Below, in pieces: positions 28,701 through 43,800 of a DNA stretch of 64,000 nucleotides. How positions within the stretch are numbered: position 1 is the first letter of the stretch; each line of letters begins with the position of its first letter. This stretch comes from Balanoglossus misakiensis. Its lineage: Eukaryota; Animalia; Hemichordata. The translations under genes were made by a program, and so were the position numbers. Under the pieces are notes generated by a model, which was not told the origin of the DNA, did no database searches, and saw only the letters and a list, made by a program, of their open reading frames with translations. The DNA lies in the NCBI GenBank assembly GCA_040954595.2, contig CM082592.2, positions 8,047,677 through 8,111,676 on the forward strand, in the 5' to 3' direction.

Positions 28701-31700
28701 TGGTCGGTCTGCTTGATGATGTCACTTGGGATTGCGAACTTTGGGCAGCATGGGTGGTATCTTCGGGTCTCTGAGGTTCCGGATCGTCAAACAGCGGAGG
28801 GGTGCAGTTGAGCTCATCCTCTGCTGGAGGTAGTTTCGCATCAGTTGAAGAAGTTACATGAGTTTTTGCAGCTTCCGCCTCAGGAATTTTCACGAATTTA
28901 AATAATTTGGCACTGCCGACTATCTTCAGTGCACCAACGCACTTGGGCGTCAAAACACAGATTTTCTGATCAGCCTGTGTGTTGACGGCTAAGGCACCTT
29001 CCTCGGGACTCTGCTGCTTCTGGTAGGCAAACTGCTTCAATCCACGCCTACCCTTATCATTCGCCGCCACGTCGCAGGTGGGAGGTAACCTCTCACCCCC
29101 ACCGTCTTCTGCCCTGCCGAAGTCGAGTTTCCCCTTGAGGGTGGGCAGTTGTGGTTGGCTGGCCTCTGTTTTACTTGCGACGCTACAAAATGCCGGGGAA
29201 AAGACAGAAGTCGGCGGTTTCCAATCGCCTCCGCTGCACGAGTCGACTCCCTTGGTTTGGCAAGTTGCTGGGGTCACCGTTGCGCTGGGGGAATTCAACA
29301 CGGCCGGTGAATCAGGCCTGGGGCTCTGCAAGAAGCCCGCGATGCTGGGTTGGAGAGCGGAGGAGGAGCTCTTCCTGGAGACAGTCTCACTCCCCCTGCC
29401 AGTTGCCATAAACTGCGTGCTTCTGTTACTCCGGAACTGGCTCGGAGTGGAAGATACCTGACTGGGCTCGGGCATCTTGATCGGGGAGTCTTCCGTAAGG
29501 TCTACTGTCTGTGTGACCCTTTGGTATCCCATTGCTCTTGGTTTGCTCACGGGTGTACGGGTGCTATCTTGGGATGGCGTGACACTACCACCACCACAGA
29601 ATTCGGCTTGTGAACATGGAGCTGGTGTGAGGACTCCGATTGAACTATTCAGGCTCAGGCTGTGAGGCAAATTCAAGCAAAGAGTTAAAAGAGATTAACA
29701 TTTAGATACTTTGATTTACTCTGAATGTATTCTAGTTATTCGATCAGGCCAGAATCGCATCAAAAGAAAGATATGTTTAGGAGGAACAGGAAAGATCGTT
29801 TAAACTATACCTTGTTTTTATAATCTGGAAACTTGTATGTACTGAACACTATTTCCAGACCCTTCCACATAGAACTGAATTCAAATAAACCACTAGAGAT
29901 AACAAATCGTACCATTCATTGCACGTGTGAGAATTGGTAAAAGATGTAGAATGAAAGCAATACCTGATATCAGGGCAAGGTTCACTCAGCCTGGCCTTGG
30001 CAAAGCAATCAAGAGAAGCACTGGCCTCGCTGAATCTGTAGTAGTGCTTCACGTGCTGTCGGACCCATTTGGACAACCCTGCCAAGAGTGACAAAAAAGA
30101 GAAGGAAATACACCACAATTCATCACATGGGATCTCAACTAGAATCAATAAGAGCATTTTTCTCTAACTGCCGAACAAGATCACAAGGAAGATTACAGGA
30201 ATAAAAGTACAGCAAAAACAGTTGCTTTTTAAGTAGTTACCTTTGATGTACTTGGCTGGGTTCTTGCCAAATCTCTCGTCCACCAGTATCAAGGCTCCCC
30301 AGTCTTGTCTTCAAAAGGACAATTCACAAAGTGGACATTAAAAGATCAAAGAAATAAAACTACTGCAACAAAAAACTCTGACCACATATCATCTGAAATT
30401 AATGAGCTCTAGCAGTCTGATTTTCATTGGTCAAATTCAGTCTGTAATCAGATGCTTGCCAGGTGCAATAATACCTGTGTCTGTGAGATTGGACAGTCCA
30501 AGACAAATGCAACTTGGACAGATTGTATGTATCTGTTACAGATCATCATTCACTCAATACCTGTGTCTGATGCACCGTCCTAAGGCTTGGTTCAGAGCTC
30601 TGTATGCCTGTATTTCATACCATTCATTTCCAGAGAGCAGTCTTCTCGTCGATGCGTGCTCATTGTTGTATTTCTTCTTCAAATTGACCACTGTGTCTTT
30701 GATATTTGGGAATGGAATCCCAACCTAAGATGGAAAAAGGCATGTGCTATTTGTCATGATGATAACAACTGCCTAATACCAGAAAATTAATACTTTCCTT
30801 CAGCTGTTTAATTCACCTTCAGCTACAAGCGCATTCTGGTATAAAAGACTTACAGTGATGACAGCTCTGGCATTGTTGTCGGCGAAATCCAGGCCCTCGC
30901 TGACTTTCCCTCTGCATACAGCCAAGAACAGGGCACCGGTCACGGAATTGCTATCTTGATCTATCGGGTAAATGCAAAGTGCAATATTTCACCATAAATC
31001 ATTCAGCTTTTTCAAATTTTTATTTTTTCTGTTACAAAGTTTCAGACTAACCCAATACCACTGAACTTCCATTTCTTCAATAAGGCATAAATGATACATT
31101 ACAAGTTTTATACTGGTAGCTGCAGTGCCACTGGCGCTATTCTTTTTGTCAAGAGAGTGGCCGTAATTTGGGGTTCATGAGATATTTACTCGTCCTGAAG
31201 TTCTACAATGTAGAGCATTGAAGTTTCCAAAGACTTAATGAGCTCAAGAAAATGGATTGGATATGCTTAAAACTTTGACAATTTGTGTGTGTGTGTGGGA
31301 GGGGGGGGGGCATATCTGAATAGTTTGATTCACAGACAGACAGACAACCCGAGTTCAATTCTGGAAGTCTGACCAATCTGGAGCTTAATCCAACGGCGTC
31401 TGACAAAGCGTGAAAAAAAACCTCACCGGAGCATTCCGATTCCAGGATCACGTCGTAGAACTGCCGGAGAAGGTCATCAAAGTCCGCCTTGTCACCACCT
31501 CGCGGCTCGCAGATTACCAACTTCCTTCGCTCCAGTTGGTTCCAAAGTCCCGTGCCCTGACGAGAGAGAAAGTGTCGAGGGGGTCAACAAAGGAGATCAC
31601 TTCCTCAACACAGGTAAAAAAAAAAAAAAAGGCTGCCAGGAAAAAGGACGGTAACACGATCCCACGTCTTATCCACCTCGCATTGTTGTCGGAGCGATGC

Positions 31701-34700
31701 CTACATGTCTGAAATTCGCTGGATTTAGAAAATATCAGAGTTAAAAAACGGCGTCGGGGGAAGGCTAATGCTGACATGCGACGGTTGTGAAAAACGCTAA
31801 TCCGGCCCCGGGACACGATCAGCCGGCAAAAGGTGTTCCCAGTGAAATTATATCCGCATTCAACTGCTAATTCTGAGGTGAGAAACGTGAGGTTTGTGAT
31901 TTTTAGACTGGTACTTACCACCTGGGGATGAGATGTGCTCACGATCTCATCTCAGGATAAATAAACTCCTAGAATATTAAGCTCGGACGCGAACTTTGGA
32001 GTGCATAATTTAAAAGTTGATTGATCCCCCCCTCAAGCGCGTTCAGCTTTTTGATACATGATCCCTTTTCACTCGACAACAAACTTGCACTTGACATAAG
32101 AGTACACCTGCTTATGTTTTATGGAGACTGACATTTTTTTCTGACATACACTGTTCTACAATCATTTTTCTGATGAAAACCAAAAGTTTCATAATTGCCA
32201 GGTATACCAAATTAAAACTAATAAATGAAGTTATGTGTTTATTGGAACTGATTTTTGTGTTTTACATGTAGATGATGATGATGATGATGATGATGATGAC
32301 GAGTGAATGGCTAAAATCACAGCAGACTTACTCTCCATCGCTTACACAGCTTTTCCATCATATTGTAGGACGGGACAAAACAGAGGACGCCATAGGGTAT
32401 GGATTGACACACTCTTAGTACCACGGCTCCCAATTCATCTTGGAATCCATACGTCTGAAATTAGTGAGAGATAAAAAATCACACCAATGTGACATTCACC
32501 AAATTTCTCACCAAAATAACATTTATTTTACGTTTCTGTATTGATTTGCCTCTGAATAGTTCAGGATTGGTGGGTTAACCTTCAGCATAGGTATGGTTTT
32601 TTGGCACGGATTATTATGACAAATGATATGAAACGTTTGACTTTGTTGTCATTGAAGATGAGCGAATTATTGATTGCGTTGCCCTATAATTTGACTCGTT
32701 TCAACATCCTTTAGGGGGAGAGAAAGAGCACTTTTGTATTCTGTCAACAATCAACGTAAAAACGCCACCAAGGATGTAAGCTACAACTGCCTGCATCATA
32801 AAAGACTAAAACATAAAACAATGATTTATGCTGTTTGTCGAAATAAAAACTGAAATATTGTGATGCTTCCACATCACACACATCAGTGCTCATTACTCAA
32901 AACAGAAAACGACCACAGCAGTTGAAACGCAAGAAAATTTATGACATCCAAAAAAAAAGAAGAAAAATAACAGAAAAGGCGCACTGAGTGCACCCTTAAA
33001 ATCGGATGTCAAAGCTGTTATTTACAGCAATCTTAAAAAACAAAGCATTACATGAAATATTGATCATTTTGCGCGCATGATTGACGGTGTTTTGACATGA
33101 AAAACGGTTACAATTCAACCAGAAGTGTAATTAAGTTCACAGTGAGCTTCGGATCAGTTTAGGTTTGGAGTTCAGTGCTTGTAGCCGTAGTATTATGTTT
33201 CAGCAGATACTAAAAGCTAGCTGTCCACTCTATGATCCAAAAAGGATTTTCGCATTTCCAGATTTGTAGTAATCGGATGGTGACGTTTTCCATTGTCTGC
33301 GGTTCACAATGTTTTTCACATGCTGACTTTTTCTATAATTATTTAATTCGGCAACTTGGTTTCTATTTCATTCTTCGCGAAAATCTCTCATGAAAAAATC
33401 ATTTCTGCCCTCCAGATAATGATAAGTGACTTATCCCATCGCTGACTTACCTCCGCAAACTTGTAAGTAGCGTTGAGAACGCCACCATTGGGTCCTGTTG
33501 CCACGGTGCCCACCCACATCTGAAATATAAATTAAATGCAGAACAAACTGCCATAAACTTGAAAATCTAAAATAATGGAGGTGTTCTTCAGATGAAAAAA
33601 AACAATATAAATATTTTGAACTTCCATAACAGAACACAGTAATAAATAAAATTAACTGTGATTTTGACATTTTCACAAGCAGGTAAGTTTTTTTTAAAAC
33701 ATGCAATGAGGTAAGAACTGAATTCTGGGACGTGTGTTTGCTAGGCAACGCAGATGCAGACTTGACGTTTCGTGGCAAAACGATTACTTCCATAATCACG
33801 GGCTTCAAGAAATTCAACAAAAGGATCCCCCGGAAGGTTATTAAATTTTCCGTTGCCCGGAATCACCTGCAAAGATGAAGAATGCAACGATCCCACCCTG
33901 GAGAGCGCCACTCCCTTTTAAAGCGACCATGGGACTTGGATAAAATTGTAGCATTTAACAAGTCGTATTTTTTCTTTGCTTGAACTGTACAAGTCGCCAA
34001 GAGGAGGATACAAAAGGGGGATCCCCCTCCCCTCCCCCTGGCTTATCCGTGAGAAACAGATTTAACTGAAGGATTTAATGCATTGTGTGCGCAGGAGCTA
34101 CCGTAGGTTTATATCAAAGTTGATGCCCCCAAAAATCATCCATGATTGATAGGGGTTATGGAAAAACGAATCATTTGCCGGGTCTAAGATTACACGCCGG
34201 ATCACCCGGCATTGTCTCCGGCACACGGATTCTCACCTGGGAATTATGGATAACGTGATTGGCTTCCAGCTGTATGGGGAACAGAGCTCCCAACTCCGAG
34301 GAAAACGACGCCATGGGTGAAAGTGTTCCAGAGGTTAAGACAATGGAGCGGCTGCATGAACTGATGTCGCTGAAGGCCTGGGGGGTTGGGAAAAGAAATG
34401 GGAAGTGTTTGACATGCAAGTAGGAAGATTATGATTGTCACTCCCCTGTAATCTGTGAAAGATGATATCACCCGAATGGGTGGGTCATTCCAATTTGTGC
34501 AAAGGAGGGCGAACAGGGTCTGGGGGTGCCGGTAAACTCTCCGGGCAGCAACTTGTGCATGCACACACACAAGAACACTAAATGATCGTGTTGCTTTCAC
34601 TTCTCTTTTATAAAAAAAATAGAATAAGGAAAGCCACTTGTAGACCTGAAAGTGGAATTAAATCACAGGGTAAAATGTTTCAAACAGTTCACTGTGAGCC

Positions 34701-37700
34701 TTGTGTTACATTTTAAGAAATCAGTGTAATTATTGTCAAGGTTAATTTAAAAAAAAAGAAAATTGATATTTTCACTCACACTGCTGAAGACTCATTTAGA
34801 GGCCACACATTTTGGAATTCCAAACATTCAATAAAATGGTCTCTGCAGATTCACAAAATTATCGAGGTTTTTTTTTTTTAAATTTACTATCATATCTCTC
34901 ATGTTAAATCTCCAGCTGAGCATTACTTACATTCCAACCAAATCAAATGGAACAGGTATGAGAGAAAAACAGAAAAAAGAACAGAGGGCTCCCCACGGTG
35001 ACAAAGCCATAATTTCCACTCCCCCGGATCGGAGACACACAGCAAAGTGCGACCGTATTTCACGGAGGTCGATCAAATCACGAAAACATTTACCATTTTA
35101 TGGAAAATTTGTGCGTTTCCAATTTCGGTGTCCTCTGTTTTTTTACTGTCAGAAATGATGACTGTCAGCATCGTGTGTGTGTTGAGTACTAAGTGTGGTC
35201 TTGTGGAGTGAAAAGCACCACTTCCAACAGACTTGCCAATTTCACGGAAGGGGATCTACCCAACTATATACATGTATGCGGATTCCACTTAGATTGACTC
35301 TGCCAGCTAAGATGCCATATCTCAAACTACAAATAGCAGGTCAAGAAAACTGCGACTGATACGCCGAACGATAATCATGAAAATATCGCGTATAAATAAT
35401 TATTGCTAATCAAGCTTTATAAAGACTGGCAACTGAAGAATAATTGTATTAGAAACAACAGAAAAAAGTCACCTGTCCTTGTTCTTATAGGGGTGTGATT
35501 TTCCGACAGTCACAGTACATGTTACCTTTGGAAAATGCCACAACACTCAAAGACAAATTAATTAATCTCGAGCCCTCTCAGCAGTGACGTAAGAATCCGA
35601 TTGGGCGATTCAGGCGCCACTTTTCATAAAAACAGACTTCAAACGAAAACAGCTTTTCTTTGTTTCCTCTTGCGCAGCTCAGCTTGAGGTTTTTTTCTTC
35701 TTCTTCTTCCCAGAGAGTAATTACTTCGGGGGTGGAAGAAAGTGATTGGCAAGCCGGTGCGACCGCGGCACACAGAATGAAAAACCCGACTGTTGTTGAG
35801 GTCAGCATTGGGAATTAATTTGCCCAGTGTGTGGTGTAAATTCGGGAGATTAGGTTTGGATAATACAAGACTTGTCCGTCGCTGATGAGTCGAACCGCAC
35901 GTCTGAAGTAACATTTGTGCCGCGGAACCTGTGAAGGAGTGTTTTCTCAGCAAACACGCTGACAAAATGAATATTTTCCCACTTTCACAAGTGGCTGGAG
36001 CCGAGGTTTGTGATTAAATGGCGCGCGGGTTTATTTTTCTCCTTTTCTCTCCCGTCTTGTAATCTCCGCCTGCGCGGAAAACACCTTGGGTAAACGTTTG
36101 AGAAAGTCAATATTGCTCGACAAAATCAAAAAGGACCCAACCAGTGTAATGAAATTTCTCACAATTGCACCTGAATGCGATTTGCAAAGGACATGGATAT
36201 CGTTCACAGCTTCATACAAAAAGCTGAAATACTGCAAAACCAACAACTCTCAACTGTTGACCAATTTTATTAGTTTTTACGATTATCCTGTGAAGTCTCA
36301 TTACTAGCCATGTGTCAAACTAAAGGTATACAGCAAACACCTGCAACAGCGCGCTTGAAATCGCGAGCATCAAAAACTGAGTTACCTCGTTTCTACCTGC
36401 TAACTTCCAAATGCATCACTTTGTTCTAAACACACTAATTTCAGAGGCTGCCAGTATTGTAAGGAACATTACTCAAAGGCAGCAAATATTCCACGCCAAT
36501 GATTTTTCTACCCCTCCTTTTATGATTAATTTCAAACTTTGATAAGTACATAAGCCAAATAAAACATTTTCAATTTTTTAGTAGGTATGCACTGCTCACA
36601 ATGAAACAGCAAAAATTGATGACTGATCCAAAAGAAGAAAATCACAAAGTTTTCTATCACACACTAGCAGGAGCTAGCTTCCACTTCTGTCCTGTCAAAA
36701 TTTGCATGCAAGCTCAGTCACCATCCAGTCTTGCAGACAATAATTTGCAGGACACACACCTCTCCAAAAAATACAAAGGATTATCTGTCAAAAAGAAATT
36801 TCCATTTAAGAGCAGGGGTACAAAACAGACACATTGTGTGTGTTTTTTTATTTAATTGAGAGGTTGAATTTTAATTAATGATCTGTCAACTTTTTTCAAA
36901 ATGACTCTTTGAAATTGCCATAAGCGTGAAACGAAGACCCGATTCGTTCTCATCCATACATCTTCCCTCTGTTGTCACGGTCAATAATTTTTCCCCTCGC
37001 TTTCGACCGTTGACGTTCTGCGCTTAAAAAAAAACTGGGAAATGTGAGCATACTTGTGATCATGCCAGTCTTGAAAGCATTCAAGCTCTTCTACGTTAAA
37101 GCCCTGAATTAAAAAGTGGAGCAATTTCTACGCGCAAATCGAGCCTGCGTTCACCTGAGCAGTATTATGAAACCACCAGCGACTTTTTTAATGCTGTCAA
37201 AACAGAGAAGAGAAAATATTACTATGAAAATAGGATGTGGCCGCCAATTACACAAAACTGCTTTGATGAATCTGTCGAAATTTTTTTTTCATTCCTGCCT
37301 TGATCGATTGCCTCGTGTGTTTTTTTCACGAAGCTGTGAAACAAGAGGGGCTTGGCGAGCGTTAAGATGAATTTGTCGAAATCTGAAAATAGGCAGGGAG
37401 AAGAGTCGGCAAGAAGGGGAAAATGAGTAGTTTTTGAGAGCGTAGAATGGTGATTACTGTGTCTAGACATAAGATAGCCACGGCTAGGAGTGTGGTTTAC
37501 ATACGAGTATTCACAATAACCTGACTAGACTTACCGGCACCGACCTAACAATACATCTGCTATGCTTGACAAACCTTTTGAACTCCACTGTCAGATCGGG
37601 CTTGATAAATTTTCCCCCCAAATCATAAATTTTCATCAAAATTTGGTCTTATTTTATGACCCACGGAAGAATTACTCCGTCTGCACCGCGCCCGTGTCTC

Positions 37701-37778
37701 CGGGAAAAAGTTTACCTTTGTCGGATTTACGGCGGGAGCCGAAATCACTGGAAGGGAATCGGGCTGTCAAGATTTTGG

Positions 37779-37810
<32 letters not shown>

Positions 37811-40800
37811 AATGGAAAGGTCGCCGAGGTCAAGAGATTTTGCCAAAGTACGAGAGCTCGGGAGTGATATTGAACACGCCAAAGATTGATCTTTGGTGCA
37901 CTGTCTCTTTGGGGAGAGATAATTTTTCACAGAAATATGTTAGTCGATACGGACGGAAAAATGCCACGCCGCGCGGCCCTCAGCTCTCTCTCCTCAACTG
38001 CTGCGCCACCTCGATGAATAGACCGTCACATATATTGGAAACTCTGCGTCGCTTCACACGTCGCTGATGTGACAATACCGACATGCCCTCCCCCGAGCTG
38101 TTATGTGATCTGTGGATTAAAAAGGCCGGCCGAGGTGTCAGATCTGAAAAACCAATCTGTGTAGCTACTGAGCTTGGCTTTAAAAGAGGGGATGCTTACA
38201 GACATGTTATTCGTCTCTGAACACTATCAGTGGCATTATCGTACAGTGTTCTTTCAGTAAAATGTCAACAACTTTCTGAAGTGAAAAATATTCCATGCAA
38301 TCACTCGCATTTTGTGTGAAAATAAAACTCTGCCTTAAATTTCTCTTTCAGTGGTGTTTTCAAAATCAAGCCATTCCTTCTGCCTGAGAATATCTCCCAT
38401 TAGTGTATTTTCGGGGAGGAAAGCAATTTGATATTTTTGTGTGTGTGGAGCTACTGTCAACACTTCAGTGGACTTGTCACTTATACAGCCTCTAGAGTTA
38501 CACCAGGGCTACTGCACGTTCATTTTTCACCATTCATGTCTTTTTCTCCCCCTTTTCATCCGCCTCTGTGAAACAGTCAATTTGGTTGAAAAGCTGTATT
38601 TTCTTTTTCTGTCGTCTCCAAAGACTGCCGCCGCAGCCCTTTAATCAGACCTCCGTTCGCGCCGATGTTAACAATTAAGCATTAATCAACCACACAATCC
38701 GAACCCTCCCTGTCTGCGCCCGACAAGAGGCGGCATTAAAATTTGGCGACAAAAATTATTAAAGAAGTGTCGAGATGGCTCCCAAATTATTCTTATCGAA
38801 TTTTCCACAGATCTGAGTCACAAAAGGATAATAGAGGACCGTGGCGCACAAGTGGAACGGTCAGATGGCGGACCCCGATAAGAACACCCGCAGTAATTGA
38901 AACATTTGTCCGCCGCGCGGATATTGTATCAGATTGAGAAAATTGAATTTATGATCACGAGGTCTGAATCGGCCCAGATACCATCGCGCCATTTCACGGA
39001 ATATTGAGAAGTAATACTGTAAAAACCGACATGTAGAGAGATCGGCGAAGGCGATATACACGGGGATCGGCACCGATAAGACATGACAGCGCAGTTTAAA
39101 CGCGCAAGCTTGATGTATATATACAAACTGTTGAAGCTTGTCGGGCAACCGGTTAAGACGCAATTTTTTTTTTATTGGTGGTGGGCTTAACTGTGGGATT
39201 ATCAACTTGAACCCTGACCTAACATGGACTTTAGCCACCCAGGATTTCCGCTGGAGCGTGACTCGGTGTCTCCCGGCCGGCTGCACCGTCGCAATCGGCT
39301 GCGTCTCATTAAATTCGCATGCATTCTCCACTCGCCGCGGAAACTCAGCCGCCGTTTTTGTTTTCCATTGACGCATCCCCCGTCGCGCGCGAGGCCCGGC
39401 GATGCGACAGGCTGGAATTACGGTCAAGTGCGGGCTCAATCTTCGCAAGTAGGACGAAATTTCTTTCAAAATTCACACAGTAATTTCTTCTACTTCAACG
39501 AACTTTGAATTCTAAATGCAAAGACGGGTCAACACTCGCCTTTACAGGCGGAGCACTATTCGATCGCTTTGTCGATTATTTGTGTACCAAATAAACATCT
39601 CTGAATCTGAGAAGGTTTTTGCAATGAGAAACCGACAGGGATGTTCAGACAGCACATAAAATAAAGGTGTTATAAAAGCTTCCATTTTCAGCCAAATTTA
39701 ATTTTTTCCTCATTTGTTCTGGTTTTCGCAACCAGGAATATCGGAATCCAAAATGAATGATTCATTTGGATCGACGGCTATGAAGGCATAAAATCACACA
39801 CAGGGTTCAAAAACAATACGGAGTTAGATTTTCACACAACAACACATGTCAAATCTGGATTACATTTTCGAGGATTGGAATAAACCATAAGTGTAATTTT
39901 TTTCACTGCCCATGTCAACGTGGTAAAGGTGTCGTTTTTAATCTGCACAAATTTGTCCACAGGCTGGAAACTAAATCATTCCTTTGAAAGCTATGGATAC
40001 GAGTCAACGAAATTGTTTTTCACTGAAATTCCACTATTAACATTTCCATCCAGTTGCAGGGTTAGTATAGAAATGTTGTCTTCAAAAAAAAGAACTTTTC
40101 CACCCTAATTTCCCCCCATTACCATGCCCACTGAAAGTAATGGAGTGGAATCATATTGCAGCATCATTGTGCTGAGAGGCCTAATTAAAAGACATCTGTT
40201 TCATTTTTACAGCAAACATTAAACACAAATGCCTACAATCACTTAACTTTACTTTCCCCTGGAGACATCTTTATCTCCCGACATCATTTTCGATATTTTT
40301 TTGTATTGTGAAAGAATGTATCTATGAATTTCTGTCCTACAGGCTATGTACTTGTACTAGTATGACCGCATTATATGAGTGACATACAAGTGGTGGCACA
40401 GGTAGAGATTTCAGACCCCAAAACAACAGTGTCCACAGCACAGTATAGAGCCATGTCCTCAAAGCACTGCAGTCCTGTACAGCAAGTAGCCCCTGTAACA
40501 GCCATGTGGTGTCTTTGCTGACACAGGCCTGCATCACAGGGTTGCATCAGGGCCTGCCTGTCACTGGGGCGATATGTTTTGGCAGCTAGTGTACAACATA
40601 TAGCTCACCTTCCCAACTTGGAAATGTCACCTGCAGAAGCCCTCCAGATATGCCTTACATGTATGTGTGGACGAAAATATAACTGGGATGCCTTCGGATC
40701 TCTCTTTACTACATTACTTCACTTGTTCTCTTTCACTGCATGTCCCCCCTTACTTAACCACAAAAACACCCCTCCCCAAGTACGACGTTTACTGGGTAAA

Positions 40801-43800
40801 ATACACAAAGGTTAGAGACCTTTTAAACCCATACAATGGTCTGCAACCAACCTGTCTAGCATCATCTGATTTTTTTAACCAGAGCAATTAGATATATTAC
40901 TCCATGTTACAAGACCTGACGTATGGGGTCCACTTTATCCCATTAAAAGGGGAGGGGGTTCCAGAAAAGCTGATGTGTGTAATCACGCTGCAATTTAAGT
41001 GTAGCGGTTAAGTGACAATTCTGAACATTGGTCCCTTGGGACAGCTGTGCGGCACGCAACTAAAGTGAAAAAGACAAAAACTGGGCTAATGTTCATGTAT
41101 GTCAGACTGTCACTGCACTTTTTTTCCAGTACGAACTGTAGCACACAACACCATTTCAAATGTTCAACTAATCTTTACAAATTAGAGCCTTCAGACTACG
41201 ATTTCACTCGCAATCAACTGGTTGGAACAAACAAGGTACAGAAAGTTTTCTATCTCATGTTCTGGAGGTGCTCTGACTCCAGATACCAGCTCACGCTATC
41301 CCTCCTCCGAAGACGTTTATTTGCATTAACAACGATTTCTTTCACACCATTAAAATCATGGAGAAACATTCCTCACCCGTTAATTTTGAGATTTTCAACT
41401 GTTACAAAATCAAAATCTGATAAAATTTCTCCACTTTCAATCGCCATGTTTTTATTGAAATTCAAATTAAACTGTACGGTACATGGCAAATGCAGACAGA
41501 GCATGTGTGACTAAGACCTCTTAAAACATGTTGATATGGGTTTTGGATAAGCCATTTATAACAAGCCTTCTCTCTTTTCACCTCCACTAATCCACTTTTT
41601 AAAAAAATAATCTCTTAATTCATCAATATTGATACCTGAATTAACAGACCCGGTGTGACATTATTGCGACGCACACCAGTTCCATTGGACTGTTTCAATT
41701 TCTGTAGCGCTTTAAAAATCAACATCCTTGTTCTTTTGACAGATTTAAGCAACAGATCAAAAAAACACTGGTGTGGTAGCGTGAATTAAAATTTGCTTTT
41801 GTCAGTCTTTTATCCCCCAAGTCACGCCACTGCATTGAAATGAGCAGGAATCTGTTACCCTAGTCAGGATAAACAAAAGATAATCACAAGCTGACACTAG
41901 CTGTGTTTTGTGGCTGCGTAAACAGTCTATAGATCATACAAAACATAAAAAGACCCACACACAAAAGGTATAAAAAAACCTACACGCTCATGCATGGTAA
42001 TTTTTCTCTAATTTCTTATAAAGGAAAACCAAACGTGAACTGTTTTTGATGAAAAGTTGTTTTTCTACATACCACAGCAGGATTCATGCACCAAAAGTGA
42101 ATAGTGTAGGTCCAGGGCCTGTCGCCTACAAAGAGAAAGAGAAAATTGGGGTTACGTACATAATACAATCATTGACATACAATTCCGTATCTAAGGGAAA
42201 AAAAGACATTTCACATAGTATTTGATAGCTCAGTTGCCCATCCCTTCAAAAATGAAAGGAAACTTTCGATAACTTTGGATCTGTCCTCTAAGAGTTCATT
42301 TAAAAATGCTGAGGTTCTTTACTCCAAAATTGACACCTCAAGAAATGTTGCAATATTATATACTTTTTATTGCATGGTGCATTTCGATAAGATCCAAATG
42401 TTTTCAAAAGCAAAATTTGGCCGTGAAACGGGGTGGGATCAATGTGGTTAGCCCTGCACTGTTGAGATGTTTATAATAGAGAGATACTCCCATAGTAAAA
42501 TCTGAATGAAACAATGGGCTACAGCTATGTTAGAATATTTAGTGGTTTCTAAGTGAAAAGTGAGTGTGAATGCAGTAAATGAGGCAGATCACAACAATGG
42601 ATGGTACGGTTGCCTCCTCAAGGCAGTATCTACCAAAATAAGTGAATATTCATAGCCTACAGTAGTGCAATTTCTGCCTTTATACATGTACACCGCTTTG
42701 ATCACAGGACCGAAACGCTGTTTTTGTGCAAAAAGTGTCTTAGTGTTTGAATTTTTTCAGAGTCTGCATGAGACAATGTCTTTCAGATTTCTGTATCCAT
42801 GTATGAACCAAGACAGCCTGACCGGATGAACTCACCTCGTCTCGTGGTCATCCAGCCCCCGTGGCTAGTCTGTGAAAAAGAAAGAAAGACACTCATTCTA
42901 AAAAAAAAATACAAATCAGCGATTTTATTTTTAATGAACACAATGATTACTAATTGAGGTTTTATATTAGACCGCTTTACGTCATAATTTGCCCTGGCTT
43001 CAACAGAATCCTTTTAATAAATTGTTAATTGGTAAACATGTAGGAATAATCTGGTTGGCCCGGTTCCGAACAACTTTCTGTAAAGACTCCAGTCCGAAGT
43101 TGATGTTGGTACCTGCACTTGTCACTGAAATGGTTTCCGGAAGGAGGACACGGTCTGGTTGCAACCAAATGGAGCAGAATGCATTTCTTTCTCTCACAAA
43201 ACAATTAACCTTTTAACGGCCCGGTGTACCTTGGGCTTATTTTGATGAAAAACAAAGTACCCAGAGCACCGATAAATAATGCATCTGTTAATCAGGATGG
43301 AGGTGATTATAAGATCATCAGTGATGGCAGTTTCAATGCGTTGGTGGAGAAACTTTCATTTCATGTGTCGGGCTCGTGACTAGAAAACAATCTACTTGAC
43401 TTCTCACGACTTCTGCATTGTGAAGATGTTTAAAAATAGTTTAAAAAGTTTATAAATGTGTCAGGAATCGTTGATTTTTATTTTAATACCGAGACAGCAG
43501 TATTAGTACACAGCACACCCACACTTCCATAATTTTAAAAGAAACCATTGGGAATGTTACTATCCGTGGATGGACCAGTATTTTCCCGGAGTGTAAGAAT
43601 GTACTCACAGCATATGAATAATTGGATCTGGTCTTCTCCAATGCAATCCTGTGAAAATTGTAATCAGACATTGCTGGGTTAAAAGAATACCACCAAAAAT
43701 TGTTATGCAAATTACAAAAAGGCAAAAAATACTTCTTACCTGTAATCGTGCATATATTTCATGTTTTCCCGGAACAAGTAATCCAGGATGATGAAGAGTC

